Assembly (NCBI GenBank): GCA_963924565.1
Contig: OZ004614.1
Location: forward strand, 21,824,001 to 21,888,000
Direction of reading: 5' to 3'
Source of the DNA: Ascidiella aspersa
Lineage: Eukaryota
Length of the DNA: 64,000 nt
Below the pieces are notes generated by a model. The model had not been told where the DNA came from and did not search any database. It was given only the letters and a program-made list of their open reading frames with translations. Both the position numbers and the translations under genes were made by a program. This document shows, piece by piece, positions 14,202 to 27,586 of the stretch (position 1 is its first letter; every line of letters starts with the position of its first letter).

Positions 14202-15016
14202 CAGTGTTTCCCAAACTTTTTTTCTCGCGTACCATTTTGAGCTTTTGTACAGTGTTCATGTACCACCTAAGTTACATCTGACTAGAATATCTCAAACTAT
14301 ACCTATTTTAGCATATAGATAAGAAAATGAGCATGTAGCTGTATTAGAGTTTAACAACTATCATTCCAGGAAGACTTAAAAGCCATAAATTAAGCAAAAC
14401 ACAGCAAATAGTTTTAATGCGATGGATGTAGTTGTTTTTTTCGCGACCAGCTGGTTGAGATGTCGTCTGGAGTATGCTTGGTTTCATAGCTGAATTAGCA
14501 AGCGCCTTCATACAAACAACATATTGCGGAACAGCTTCTCTATTGTGTTCAATAGCTATAAACCCGTAGTTTATGTAGCCTAAGTCTGGCTGTACTTTCG
14601 TTTAGACATGTTCCTAGTATAGTTAAATTAAACAAAATTAAATTCTTACACTATTCCTCTATTTTAAAAGAAATTACAGTAGTTCAATATGATTGAAATA
14701 TCATTATACATATGGCAATACTACACTTCTGCTCTTCAGTTTATTACTACTTACGTATTAAACCAGCCAAAAATTAACGTTTTATTATCTTCAACAAGCT
14801 AAGTGTTACGTCATAAACGTGCGAAACCTCAAATTAAAGGCAATTAAAACGCAACATTGCAAATACCCAATCTGAAAGTTTTGAAAGTTGAAAGTTTTCG
14901 CAAGTTTATACATATATGCTTTAAAAAGTTTTCGCAGATTTATACGTAGTCGCGTACCACCTGAAAGACTCTCGCGTACCACCGGTGGTACGCGTACCAC
15001 AGTTTGGGAACCACTG
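14202..15016. mobile_element. Non-autonomous hAT element
   Basis: TIR CAGTGTTTCCCAAAC / GTTTGGGAACCACTG; perfect TSD CTGTACAG; CGCGTACC subterminal repeats. Confidence 0.92.
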
Positions 15017-16292
15017 CTGTACAGAGTAGCCTACCCTTCCATTTTTGAAATAAATTTACTGTAATTAAAAGTTATGATTCATTTTCTTTCGCGTTGCATT
15101 TTCCTGGGCTTCTGCTGAGATTTGTTGATCTCGTTATTTCGAACAATTCGACTGCTTTGGTAACTTAGGGGATTGCTTCACTACGCATGGCTACACATCG
15201 GAAAACCGCTAACGATGTATATTTTTCTTTTGCAAAACTAAACATGGATATTGGCCTACAAAAGCCGTCCAAGCTAATAGCTAATGTTGGCAAGCTGTTA
15301 GTTTTCGAAATGCAGCTTTCAATTTTTAGTTACTTAAATGGGTGAGATATATAGGCTGTAGAGTCGGTGCCGGCACTCGGGACCAGAAGTCAATGACAAT
15401 TTGGCCGCAGTCGAACTCGATTTCCCTTGGCCAAAGTCACACGAGGTATAGTCGGACTCGGGTTGTTTTTAACCGACTAAAATTTCATAAGAAAATGCGT
15501 ATGAATTTAATTGGCTAAATAAAGCTTTAAAAGCAATGATTTTTGCTGCACTTACTCGACCACGTTTTTATCCATAAAACACACCACTTGGGAAAGACAT
15601 GCAAGCCCGTTCCTGATTTGCAATTACCTTAAGCTGCGTAAAACTAAATGAGCGTTAGAATTACCCTAAACTAGTAGCCTACCATGGTGCCTATATAAAT
15701 GTTTCTGTAGGAATAGTGTGGATATCAAATCCAAAACGTCTTCAAATGTAGAATGCATCGATCCATGCTTAGGCGTTTCAACTATGTTTGCTGTAAAAAC
15801 AAGTTAATGGGTTGAGGGCACTGGGAAATGCTAGTGATTCACGTTGAACGAAATTGGTATTTCGCAGAATTAAACCGCGCAATTCTGTTTTAAGCCTCAC
15901 CAGAGAGTTTCAGTGTTTACCCTGACGTACGTAAAAGGGTAGGGTGCCATTGGCCCATGCTTGCGCGGGTGACACCGCTTGTAAACTTTATTACCATTGT
16001 TTTAACCAACCTTTACAAAACGTAAATACCCGCTTCCGCTGACTTTGACAAATAACTCCTTCAGTAGGTGCTGAACATCGACTATTAAATACTGTGTTTT
16101 TATTAAGCATACAGCAGGTTAGTCTCATACAAACAGCAGGTTATTACGGCGTGTTTTTATTTAATGCTCATAAGCTAAAAAAGTATAGCGGCTGTCGACC
16201 TGTGACTTTCATAAATTTCCAAATTGTGTCCTTGTTTTTCTGAGGGCGTGAAAAGGTTCCCAGCGCTTGTTTGACCAAAATGCGTGAATCGG

Positions 16293-17242
16293 CAGTGTTG
16301 TAATGATTTCATGAAGTGTGCAACCTTGTCTTGCACATAGGGACCAAACAAGGGTATCCGAATTGGGCCTTACAGCAAAACGCATTTCTTAGCGATCAGA
16401 TTCACTTGAACCGAAGAGCTGTCAATCTAACGCCAATTCGCCAGGTGTTCATTATAGTCAGTACTGACCGCTGACTGGGTTAGGTGAACCATGCTGGAAT
16501 GAAACCTCGCCCATGATACGGTAAACAAAATTAAACTAATGTCAACTTTACAGCCACTGGAGTTGCTAAGACCAGTTACTGAAGCTATTTCAACTGAGCA
16601 AGCGCATACCAAACAGAGTAATCATGTGGCATTACCATATTTAGAATTAGAAAAATACGACCATTTACGAAGATATCAAACTGAATTAATGCTGTTATTC
16701 TCGGTAGATTTGTGACAAATTGACCAAGCAACAAACACGTTATATTTAGAAGTTCCATTAAACTTTTTGTCCGAGTATTTTATCACGGGCCGGAAAATGA
16801 AGCTTGCAACCACGTATTTTCATATTGGGTGCTGGGTTTGACCCAACCCTGACTTGAGTCAATATGCACTTCAGTCAATAATTTTTTCAATTGAATTAAC
16901 CCAAGTTTAGAGGCATAATGACTTAACTTGGGCTTATTTAAGCAAATAAACGCTTTTATGAAATATTTTTTCCGATAATTTCCCTTTCCCTTCATAAACG
17001 TAGCATTTCCCTTTCTTTGCAAAGTATATCATTTACTCTGCGAAATGTCAGTCGTAATAGATTAGGGTTATTTATTTCAAAAGCTCGCAGTTTATAGTTT
17101 GGCTTTACTTATTTTTGACAAATAGTTGCACAAGAACTGGGCTTGCTATTTATTGAAAAGACTTCCTTAGACTTTGATTTGTTTCTCAATTCACTCGTCT
17201 TGACATTTTGATTTATTACAAAAGAACTTGTTTAGAACACTG
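16293..17242. mobile_element. Old DNA-transposon remnant with GACTT(G) subterminal repeats; related pieces at about 9837-10853 and 43989-44392
   Basis: CAGTGTTGTAATGA ... TAGAACACTG ends with dispersed GACTTG/CAAGTC motifs. TSD is weak. Confidence 0.45.
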
Positions 17243-18500
17243 CGAAGCCGGTAAGCGATTCTTAACACACCATGATGCGATATGTCAACCTTTTGATGTA
17301 GTATAATTTTAATTCGTATCTTGAAGCCTATACACAGGATCAGTATATTTCGCTACATGCGTGTCATGCGTAACTATTACAGGTTGTTAAACGATCAACG
17401 TAATTATGATCTCATAGAACAGTTTATGTTTTTTGAGTAATTATGGCAGCTGAATGTGCAGCTCATTAACTGCTGAATGCTGATGTTAGGCTTGTGCGTG
17501 AGCTTTGCCGGAAGTGTGACGTCATAGAGGTGTAATAATAAACTGTGATTATTATACACTTATACAGGCTTCTGTTGGTTAAAATACCAAAAATAGAAAA
17601 ACATGCACAACAGCTCTTGAATTTTTGGAACGACCGCAATATTGCATTTAAGAATTATCTAGTGTTGATAAATGTAATCGTTCTTTTGTCAAATTGTCAG
17701 TCAGCGTAAAATTAGCTTTTCGTGGGCCTAAAGATATTTTGAAAGGGGTTTTGTAACTAAAAGAGGTGGGACCCACTGTTCTAAGACATCAGCATTTTAA
17801 CCGATGTTACAATTTTCACAAACATACGGTGAAAACTTTGTTTATTTGCAAAACGTACCGAAATAAATGATGTGCGGCAATTTATAAAGCTTTGCGGTTA
17901 CGTTCAAAAACATAACACCAAAATAAAAAAGCGTAAAATTAAAAAAAAATAAACATTGAAAACTGCTCGGAACACTATTTTTAAGCCGATGCCCAATATT
18001 ACAACGCATTTTAAGCATACATAGACTCACTGCATGTAAGACTTCACTAAAGTTGGTCTACGCAGCCGGTTACAGTGCTCCAAGCCGCACAACAGCAATA
18101 ATGGAATTGACGGCGGTGTCTTTCATCGCCAGTGGGAGATGGGCGTTATTTACGCCCTCGGCACTTTTATGATCAGACCAGCCCGTTGAGCCACACCCAA
18201 TAACTTTATCATTTTAACACGTTACCGACTTAGTTAGCTTTTACAAGCATGTAAAGGTGACTTCCTAATAAACAAATCAGCAGGATTATTTGCATTTTGT
18301 AAAATTTAACACGACAAAAACAATTTACAGGTTGAAACCGAAATTTGTTAATGTTTACTCTTTTTATTGTCTGTGTTTCAAAAGTTATAATTAAAAATAG
18401 CTCTATTTAGCATAAAGTTAGCTCTACGGAAATTTGCTTAGCCTTCGGCGTACAGTGTAGACAAAATTTTCGGAGATCCTTAATTTAATTCGCGCCGAGG

Positions 18501-21021
18501 CTACACACGCCTTAAGTTGGTGTTGACCAGGGCCGCCACAGCTGGCTTTTTGGGCGTTGCACAGGCACAGCAAGTCAGGCGCATGCGCTTGCGCCAGTCG
18601 CTATAGGCGAAGACGAGCGATGCAACGCCAAGAAACGAGTTCAAGTCGTAGGCGGTCGACACCCAGATGGCTGGTTCTTCAGCAAGCAGAAACGAGGCTA
18701 GGATGGCGCCTACGTCCGACACTGTGATGGCGCAGAGTGAGACGAACGTGCGCTTGGTAAGCTCCTTGACTCGCCGCACTCCAGTCATCTTGCCGCCGCC
18801 CTCGGCTGGTAGTTTCTTAAGCAGCGGGTAGAGCAGCAACGTGGCAAAAACAGGCTGGAAAAGCAGTGTGAAGACCAAACCGCTGCTGGCGCGGGCCGAC
18901 TGCGCAACCGAGCCCTTATCGTCGAAGCAGCAGCCTTTCGGACTGGGCTTCAGTTTTAAGCCGACTGTGTTAAGGGTCAAAAGACAGACGAAGACGGCTA
19001 GCATGAGCACCAACAGCACTTTGCTGCCGTAGATGCGCAGTCGCTTGACGGGCAGGTTGGACAGTGCCCGGTTGTTTTGCACGGCGTCCTGTCGCAGCCA
19101 GAGCACCAGCATGCAGAAGCACACCACCCCGCCGTAGCCCAGCATGGCAAAGATTCCTACCAGGCTACAAGCCAGCTTGGACTTGGTCCCCCAGAAGAGA
19201 TCGATTTCGTTGCTCAGGGTCTTGAAGATCGCACAGCAGCAGGCAATGATCGTGAACCAGCTGATGCTGCGCGATGAAGAAAAGTTGTAAAATTTACCTC
19301 GGTTCTGTGACTAACATGAATGCAATTATAGCTATACGTGGGTTCTATTAGAAAATTGGTTTTGTCGTTTGATTGCATTTTATAAAAATACACTTTTCAA
19401 AAAACAACAGGTGTAGTAATAGTTTTCCGTACTTTGAATAAACTTTCTATGAAATATAACGAGTATATATTATTATTATTTGATTTTGGTAACTAACACA
19501 AAGAAAAAAAATCGGTTGTTTGGTTAATATAGCGGGCACGGATTCAGGATTTTCGTTTGGCGGGCCATGACAATTTTTTAAAGGTGATGCACAAAGAGTT
19601 ACGTCATAACGTGGGGTCAAAACGTTTCGTCATAACGTGACGTCATAAAAAAAAACCCTTAAAAACACCACACAGTTAGTTTAATTTAACAAAGTTTTGG
19701 TTGGAGAGGTGTTACTTTCAATTCACAAGCTACATCACAAAGATGTTTTTGATTCGTGCAAAGCGATACACGCTTTTGAACCCCTTGAGTTGCCAAAACT
19801 TTCGTATCTATAGTGGAATGAGACCGGGCATTTGGGTTGAAAAAAATTTCTCAAATCGCGTAAGACAAACTAAAAAGGTCATTCAGATTCAAGCGAATTG
19901 CAATGCATACCACCCGATTTTCAGTTCGAAGTCTTTGAACAAAAATAATAACATGTATGGGCATCAATTTTGGATTCCAAATAAAGATTTAATTTAGCAG
20001 GGTGTAAAAAAACAAATCTTTGCCTTTAATACCGCGAAGAGCGAAAATTTTCTTACAACCTTTAGTACAGACTTATACCAACCGTTATGAAGCAATTTGC
20101 TTCATCAACAAATACATAGTTGAATATACAGATACAAGATATACTGCGGTATTTCGATCAATGTTTTAGTTCCGCTATTATACCGTAACTTTGCTTGTTA
20201 TACAGTAACACTATACTGTAACCTTATTCATTAGCTTTAAAATACAAATTTAATTAAAAAACAATTGTTTTATGTAAAAAAATTGTGTGTTTACTACTTA
20301 AAGTTTCTTTGCCCTACTTTCGCCTCGCGGGTGTACTTTTCCGTTGCAGTTCTTATCACCGTTACTTCGCGACTTCCGTTTTTCTGTTTATAGAGCGTTC
20401 TAAAACGCCCGAGCGTCGATATAATGACTTGTTTTTATCTTAGCCTCACTTAACGCACTGACGATGGCAAAAGAACTTGCCGAAACGTTTGCTAATAAAA
20501 AAATGAATCTTTTATCTATTATTTGGACCACTTTCTTTCTACTGAAGATTATGAACAGATCCGTGTTTAGTGTTCACAAATACTTTGTTCTATACAAATT
20601 AAAATATATATAAATATGTAACAAATTGAACGAAACGTTCAAGTCCAAATTGGAGGCCCGGTTTTTCAATTTACCAAAAACAAGTCCAAGTCATCTATAT
20701 TTCAATAGAAAATTACGTCACAAAAAAACAAACAAAAAAAACTCGTCGGAACACTGCTCACCAGACAAATCGCCTCTTCCGCTTTCTTTCGACCTTTTTC
20801 GGTTTCACGACGAACGTTGCTCGTTTGTTTCCAGAAATGTCGGACTGGACCTCGATTGAGGCTGCGGTTTGCTTGCCCAGCGTCGTCCGCACTTCGTCCA
20901 GCAAAAGGCAGGTCAGCATGTAGATCTCGACGGTGGCGAACAAGCAGGTCGACGACTGGTGAAGAACCCACTCCCACGAGCTGTACAGCGGTTCTGTAGC
21001 GTTGAAAGTCCCGTTGCACAT
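18501..21021 (-). CDS. Orphan divergent 7TM receptor, paralog 2; 2 exons, 341 aa
   Basis: complement(join(18501..19266,20762..21021)). Donor TG|GTGAGC, acceptor GCGCAG|C, 1026 nt in frame. Motifs EPLYSSWEW, VEIY, NEID, LWLRQ, PKGC, FQP, YDLN and DWRKRM are shared with the other paralogs. Confidence 0.88.
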
Positions 21022-23967
21022 GTTGCTGCTTTATCGTGTCGCAGGTCATTCCCCAATATAGCAGCAGCGCGACTGTGGCTTTCACTGAGGCTGGAAGTTC
21101 GTTGTCACCTTTTATTAACGACAACCGTTTATGAAGCGTGTCAGCAGCTCTGTTGCAAATTACGTCAAATCAGCTACTGTACCTGACGCTCTATACAATC
21201 GTCTATTAATCCAGGCTTTTCGCAAGGAAGCGACAATTTATAAGACAACCTGTTGAAAAGAATGCGTCTTTTTTAGGTTTATGCGTCATGGGACCGCTTT
21301 GTCTTTTTCTGTCTACAGAGGCCTGTGTAAGTCCCCTTTAACCGCAAAGAATCGCGCGGTTTCGGCTTATTTTGTTATTCTTTGTGTAGCGTTCGAGCGC
21401 CGTCGAAAAACGTCACTCGAATTCCTATTCAATGGCTGTAAACAAATATTTAAGACGTACCGCAAAAAATTCTGGATTCCTGGATACAGTTATTGTTTAA
21501 AAACGAAGTCTTTGATCTTACCGCTAAAAGGTAATCGATGCAGTTAAAAAAACGAATTTTGCTCAAAATGCAATTTTAACCATTCCAGTAACTGTTCTGT
21601 TTGGTACTGTAAATGAGAATGACTTGCTAAACTGTTTACTGATTTGCGCTCGCTTTGTGATTTAGGTGTTTTTCGAGTTAAATGGGCCAGTATTTAAACG
21701 TATACCTGTCGCTTCGTCTTAAGTGCTATCGATCGTTTTTCCTCGTGCGTCTTTTTCTTCCGCCGTGTAACTTACTATCGCGTAATAATAATAAAAAAAA
21801 GAAGGAAATTTTACTCGGCTAAGCATTTAAGTGTTGACTATACATCCTATCACAAATAAATAATAAACAAGTAGAAATCGGTTACAATCATCAGTTATAA
21901 GTATTTTTACGCCGGTTTTCCTGCACATCAAGGTAACCCACTCTCTGAAAAACGTCTCGCTGAAATTCAATCTCAAATAATAACTACAGAGGGCTGCGCT
22001 ATGGTCTGTTTGTTCGGTTGATTTCGAGCTAAGTTTGATTCGAGCGAACCTAACCTTTACCTAACGCAACAACACGCGTAGTACTGCTTAAGGGTGGCTT
22101 GCGACGGCCTCTTGCGCGCCACTCTTAGCGCTTCCGCAACTTTACCAGGTATCAGAACCCTTTATACACGTGTAGATACTGCAACCCGTCACTTTGTCAT
22201 TTTGCTTGTACATGAGGCAACGTCAGAGTGAAACTGGTGTCCGTAAAGCGTGACGCCCTTATGCCCTGTTGCCTTCTGCCGCTGTTGCGAATTTTTTTTA
22301 TTACGTTTTAGTGATTCATTATGAATGTAGTTGGAACCTGGAGTCTTTGAATCGGAGTTTGTTCTTTCGCGGACGGCAAACTTGTTTTACCGCAAACATT
22401 TACGTTTCTCATAACGTATATGGAGTTTTTCAGAAAAACATTTTTTCCTACGGACGATTTTTCTTTCCGACAGCTTTACGGGAACAACAAATTATGACTT
22501 ACTGCTTATTTGAGCTTAGCCTACGTCAAGAGCTTTATCTAATAGTTAAAAAAGTTTTACACGACCTTCTTTGGTTATTAAAGACAGTGCTCTGTAAAAC
22601 AAAGACAAAAAACTCACGAAAGTATTGACCATAAAAGCAATAGCGAAATACTGCTGTATATTTAAAAATAAAAAAAATAATGAATTCTATTCGACTATGG
22701 TATGCAACTCGATAACAAAACTTGCATAAAGATAAATGACGCTCCCAAGATACAGTTCGCACATGTTTAGGACCCGCTAAACTTTGCACGTTGAATCATT
22801 TTTGTACAAATTCTTGGAATTTGCCCAAGTAACATTCCTGACTTCGTAAGCTATGTGAAATCTCTCGTTACAGCGGTTCGTGAACTTGTTTTAATGCGTA
22901 ACCCTAAAAAACATTTTGGTTGGCGTAAAGCAGGGCCGGAATTAATATTTATATGAATTGACGTAAATTGCAAGATTTCAATTAGGTCTTGATGCTATTC
23001 AAGGCAAAAGCGTTTCACGTACACGCCTGAAACCGTTTTCTTACACACTAAACTGCGCATAGCAGTGTTTCGCAACCTTTTTCCACTTGCGGCACATCAA
23101 CGAAGCTGATACGATTCTGTGGCACACTTAAAAAATATATGTCGACAATAGACAACATTAGTAAGTATCCTAGACAATCAAGAGAAAAAAGGGACGACTT
23201 ATAATGAAACGCGACGCAGGCCCCAAACATTTTACCTATTACACTCCTTAATATTCTGATTTTGCGGTTTTGGAAACTCCCTAAAATGTCTTAGTTCTGA
23301 AAAATGGATCCCCTTGCAAGGGCTGATTAGATAAAATTGTGGGCTTTTAATAGCGTATTCGCAAAATGAAACTTGACATTGGTGCTTCGTACTTTTTGCC
23401 TAATTTATTTTTCTAAACAGCTGCCAAGATCAATTTACAATCGCAAAATGTCAATAATATATTTACAACTATGTTTGATGTGTTTCGAGCGTATAGTTAA
23501 TCTCCCTTTCCACTTTGATGATGTAAGTTTAAAAACAATTGTTGTATACTAGGCCTACCATATATCCTCTTTTAGGAGGATTTGTCCTCTTTTCTTAAGA
23601 AAACTGAATGGTCCTCCGAGGACGCTCAAAATTGTTCAAATCTCCTCTTTTTTCGCATTTCGAGTTACTTACTTTCTTTTCAACAAGACATTTAGGCGAG
23701 ACGATGTATTTATTTCCAAAAATATACTGTAGCCATGAAGCATGCTTAATTGCTGGTTTAAAACAGGTTTTCCAACAAATTGCCCTACCAGCCCTACCTT
23801 CTTGATTGTTTTGACAAACATTGCGCCAGAAAAATGGCAGCAGAACCTCACATCTAAAAAGGCCCATTAATAAAGCAAAAGTATAAGTTTTGCGGGCCTA
23901 TAGTGCTATCACTGTATGGTAGGCTAAGTTCTTATTTCTTACAGAAGCTTGTCTAGTTAGTCTATAA

Positions 23968-24941
23968 CAGCGGTTCTTAACCGGGGGGAGCCAAGCAATT
24001 CTTAGGGGGGCTGGAGCTCTAAGTTAATTTTTATGCAATGATTATAATGGTTTCTTTTGGGTGGTGCACCACTCCTACAGCGCTGTAGAAACTCTTTTTT
24101 GCCAACTTTATTATTGAAACTGCAAAAAATAAAAAATAAAATATTGTGTTTTCTACGTCTGTTGCAATATTACTCGAAATTGCCTAATTTGACGTCACTA
24201 AACACGTGACCGTTGTCCACTGATGCGTGACCAAATTGCCGAACTGTGCGTTTTTAGCGTTTCGCAAGTGGTTCTATATGATGCATTATATTATATACGT
24301 CTTATAAACTAGCGTTAAAAATGTTATGCAACTTCAGTATGCGGCCCGCCAATTTTTTTGTGCTTGTTAAGTTTCATACAGAAGTTTGCGCGGCTGAAGT
24401 TTTGCGCGTTTGCTCGAGTCAGATTTGCGATAATGATAAATCCCCCCCGCAGGCCAAACTTTCCAACCTGGTATATGATAACAGACTAGCAACAGGGGGA
24501 CTTAAACTTTTTTGCGCGAATCGATAATGTTTTTGCAATATTGCCGTTGTATTGTGTGTCGTCACATCTTTTGAAACACGATAACGCAATGTTTAATTTT
24601 TGCGCTTGACATTTTTATTTGCACTCGACATCATAGCCTTACAACTGTGGAGTAAATGCCCTCACAGCAACACGTTTGTCAAAATCAGCTCGTGCACGAG
24701 CAATTTGTTGTGTGCCCAATGCGAAAAGCCTCCTGAATTTACAGTTTAGCGCCAATTCTACCAATTAAACTCAATTTATTTCGCGCCTTTGTCGCGACCG
24801 ACAAGAGACTTATTTTCAAGTTTTCTCAGTAATGTATAATTGAAAATGCCGAATTGCTTTTCGTAGGTGGGGGAGGGGAAGCGCAAGGCATAGGAAAATT
24901 ACCAAACGTGGGCGCGGCTGGAAAAAGGTCAAGAACTACTG
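23968..24941. mobile_element. Non-autonomous hAT element; right end tandemly amplified to about 25024
   Basis: CAGCGGTTCTTAACC ... GGTCAAGAACTACTG; TSD GTCTATAA/GTCTATAC. Confidence 0.82.
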
Positions 24942-27586
24942 GTCTATACAAAGGTTAAGACCACTGGTCTATAGAAAGGTTAAGAACCACTGGTCTATAC
25001 TGAAGAAAGGTTAAGAACCACAGGCATACAGGTGGTTTTCAGCAGATGCTTTCATTTTTCTTTATTATTCTTTAAATATAGATAACCATAAAGCGAAATA
25101 AGCTATAAATTATAACGCCGAAACTCTGTTTACTTTGGGTGCTGAAAATATGGTAGCCCTATTGTATACTTTTGTTCATATTGGTAATTGAGTCAGTTAC
25201 AACAGATATTTTGACATTTGATTTCCGGCTGTATAAAACAGGTATGAGCAAACTAATGCGAGCCGCAGCTTGAAATTTATGAGCTTTATAATCCGCATAA
25301 AACGAATTAAAGTTTTTTTGAACCGTTTCACCAGAGTGGGTCTTTGGACCTGTTGTAACAAGTGATGAATATTATGGATTTGAAATTTTTGATTCTTGGA
25401 ATCAATAACACTGAAATGTTGCATTAACGGGTAAACTGGTTTAATGTACAAAAACGCTTCTTTGTCAAAATGAAGGTAATGAACAAAACACTGCTTTTAT
25501 CAAAATGACGTTTACATTTAAACATAAGGTACAGTTCTCTCTTAATTTGCGGATATGACTCTTGAGAAAAAAGAGCCACAAAGACATATTAGAGAGCCAC
25601 AGTTTGCCTGAGGAGTTCAAGCCTGAGGTTTAGAACAATGACTTATATTCTTTTACAAACAATAGAACATCGTCGGCATTATTATTTCTGCGCATCTTGT
25701 TTAAAATTGAATGTCATTTTTCAAAGTTTAACTAATTTATTCTTAAAACAATACGTTACTTCGACTTTACTTGTTGGAAAACAACTTAATCACATATATA
25801 TATAGATTGCAAAATAACACGCCATTTATTACAAACAACTTTACTTGGAGAAATCAAAGTTTACTACACTCATGCAATTGTGTTGCCCGTTTTTAAACGA
25901 AAACACTTCATAAAACCCTGGTGTATATTTGGTTTCGCATTTGCTGAGATAAATAATCAAGGCAAATATGTCACAGATTGTCATACAAGTTAAATAAATA
26001 ACAATGCACCCATCGCCTGGAAGCAGCTAATCACAATAAATCACATTGCACAGTTAAAATGGAAATCTATATTGCTACATTCCCCTTTCAAGTGTAAGTT
26101 TTGGATTTTTTTTTATCTTATGGTAGGTTTTTTGAAAGAACGATCGACTTTGAATGATGTAAAACACTTTCAAAACAATGTAGGCTATTTAGTGGTTAAA
26201 ATATTCCAAATTATTGAAAAAAACATGTAAACAACGTCATTAAAAGAAAATCTAAGCAACATAAAAAAAAAAGTCACCTCATTTCAAAACATACATAAAT
26301 TGCAAAACATTTCAAACCTTGCATTTTAAATTGCAAAATATGTTTGTTAAGGTCTATATTATGAAAAAATTGCAATCCCAAAGTCCTCCTTAAATATGGT
26401 GTTACGAAAAACTTTCTGCAAAAATAGTGTTGAATCATACGCAACTGTTTTACAGTTATGCCAGTCTCTTTAGCCACTCTCATAATCATGTGCACTGATG
26501 CGATGAAGTTCAAATTGAAATTTGTTAAAATTTACGCACCACTAGCGAAGAAAATCGCTGTTAAGCTTTGCCTGCTAAGAAGTCCGGATAAACCCAACAT
26601 TTTTGTTATAGTTGCAACTCGGTAAAAAAGTGCAATGAAAAAATGTCTACTATCGACACGGATTGTAACTTGCGCTGTTGTTACCAAGATTAAAAATATA
26701 ACTCGTTGAACTAAAAATACACGTAGGCCTACAGGTGCAAAATAAGGATACTTTCAGGCTTCGAAACACGAAAAATGTAAATGCAATACATCCTGAAATT
26801 GTCTAGGTAAAATATTTGTATTATTTGTTAACTTATCGATATTTTCTGAACGTTTTTATTTTGTCCTAAGTTATGCAGCCATTAGTTTCGGAAATGGTTT
26901 ACACATAACAGATAAAAATGTTGTCGTTATCAGTTCGAAAACTACTGCTTGACAAATAAAGCTGTTTTAAAACAGGATAAACCCTTTGCAAACCGCGAAA
27001 TTGCGGTGTTTGTCGTGAAGCAATGTCTGCGGTAGAAAATGTCAGCAGTGTATATATGAATCACGTATTTATGCAGCTACCAATTAGGACACGAGCTGAT
27101 AATTATTTCAGCTGTCAATTAGGACACGAAGAGAGCGCTAAACAGCGAAAGACACATAATACGCATAATGTCTGGACAGCACAAAAATTTGACTGTCTTA
27201 TTTAATACGATGATGATGTATATAATAAAGTTATGTAAATATTTGAAGTTGCATTTCGAAAACATTGTTTTCCTGCAAGCACATAAACTTATCAATACAA
27301 GCTTGTGCAACGGTAGGATGCATAGCAAAACAATTTGAAGCCCACGGGGACCATTCCACTATTGATGTTCGTGCCGAAACTTCGTCAACTTCTCGTTTCA
27401 CCCATGAACAATCAGCGGTACACGTTAACTCACAGCGTCTTTTTAGTGCCACGCTCCACACGTAAATCTGCATGCCATATCCACATGGCACCTGATACTT
27501 CAAAGAAAACGTTTTCTCCTTGATCCAACAGAAACTCAACAGCTTATTGATGCGGTCCAAACACTTAACGGTTGTGGAAGACGCGA

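Noticed and set aside
16400-16620. Possible hAT transposase remnant (LELLRPVTEAISTE)
   Set aside because: The resemblance is too short to support without a search.
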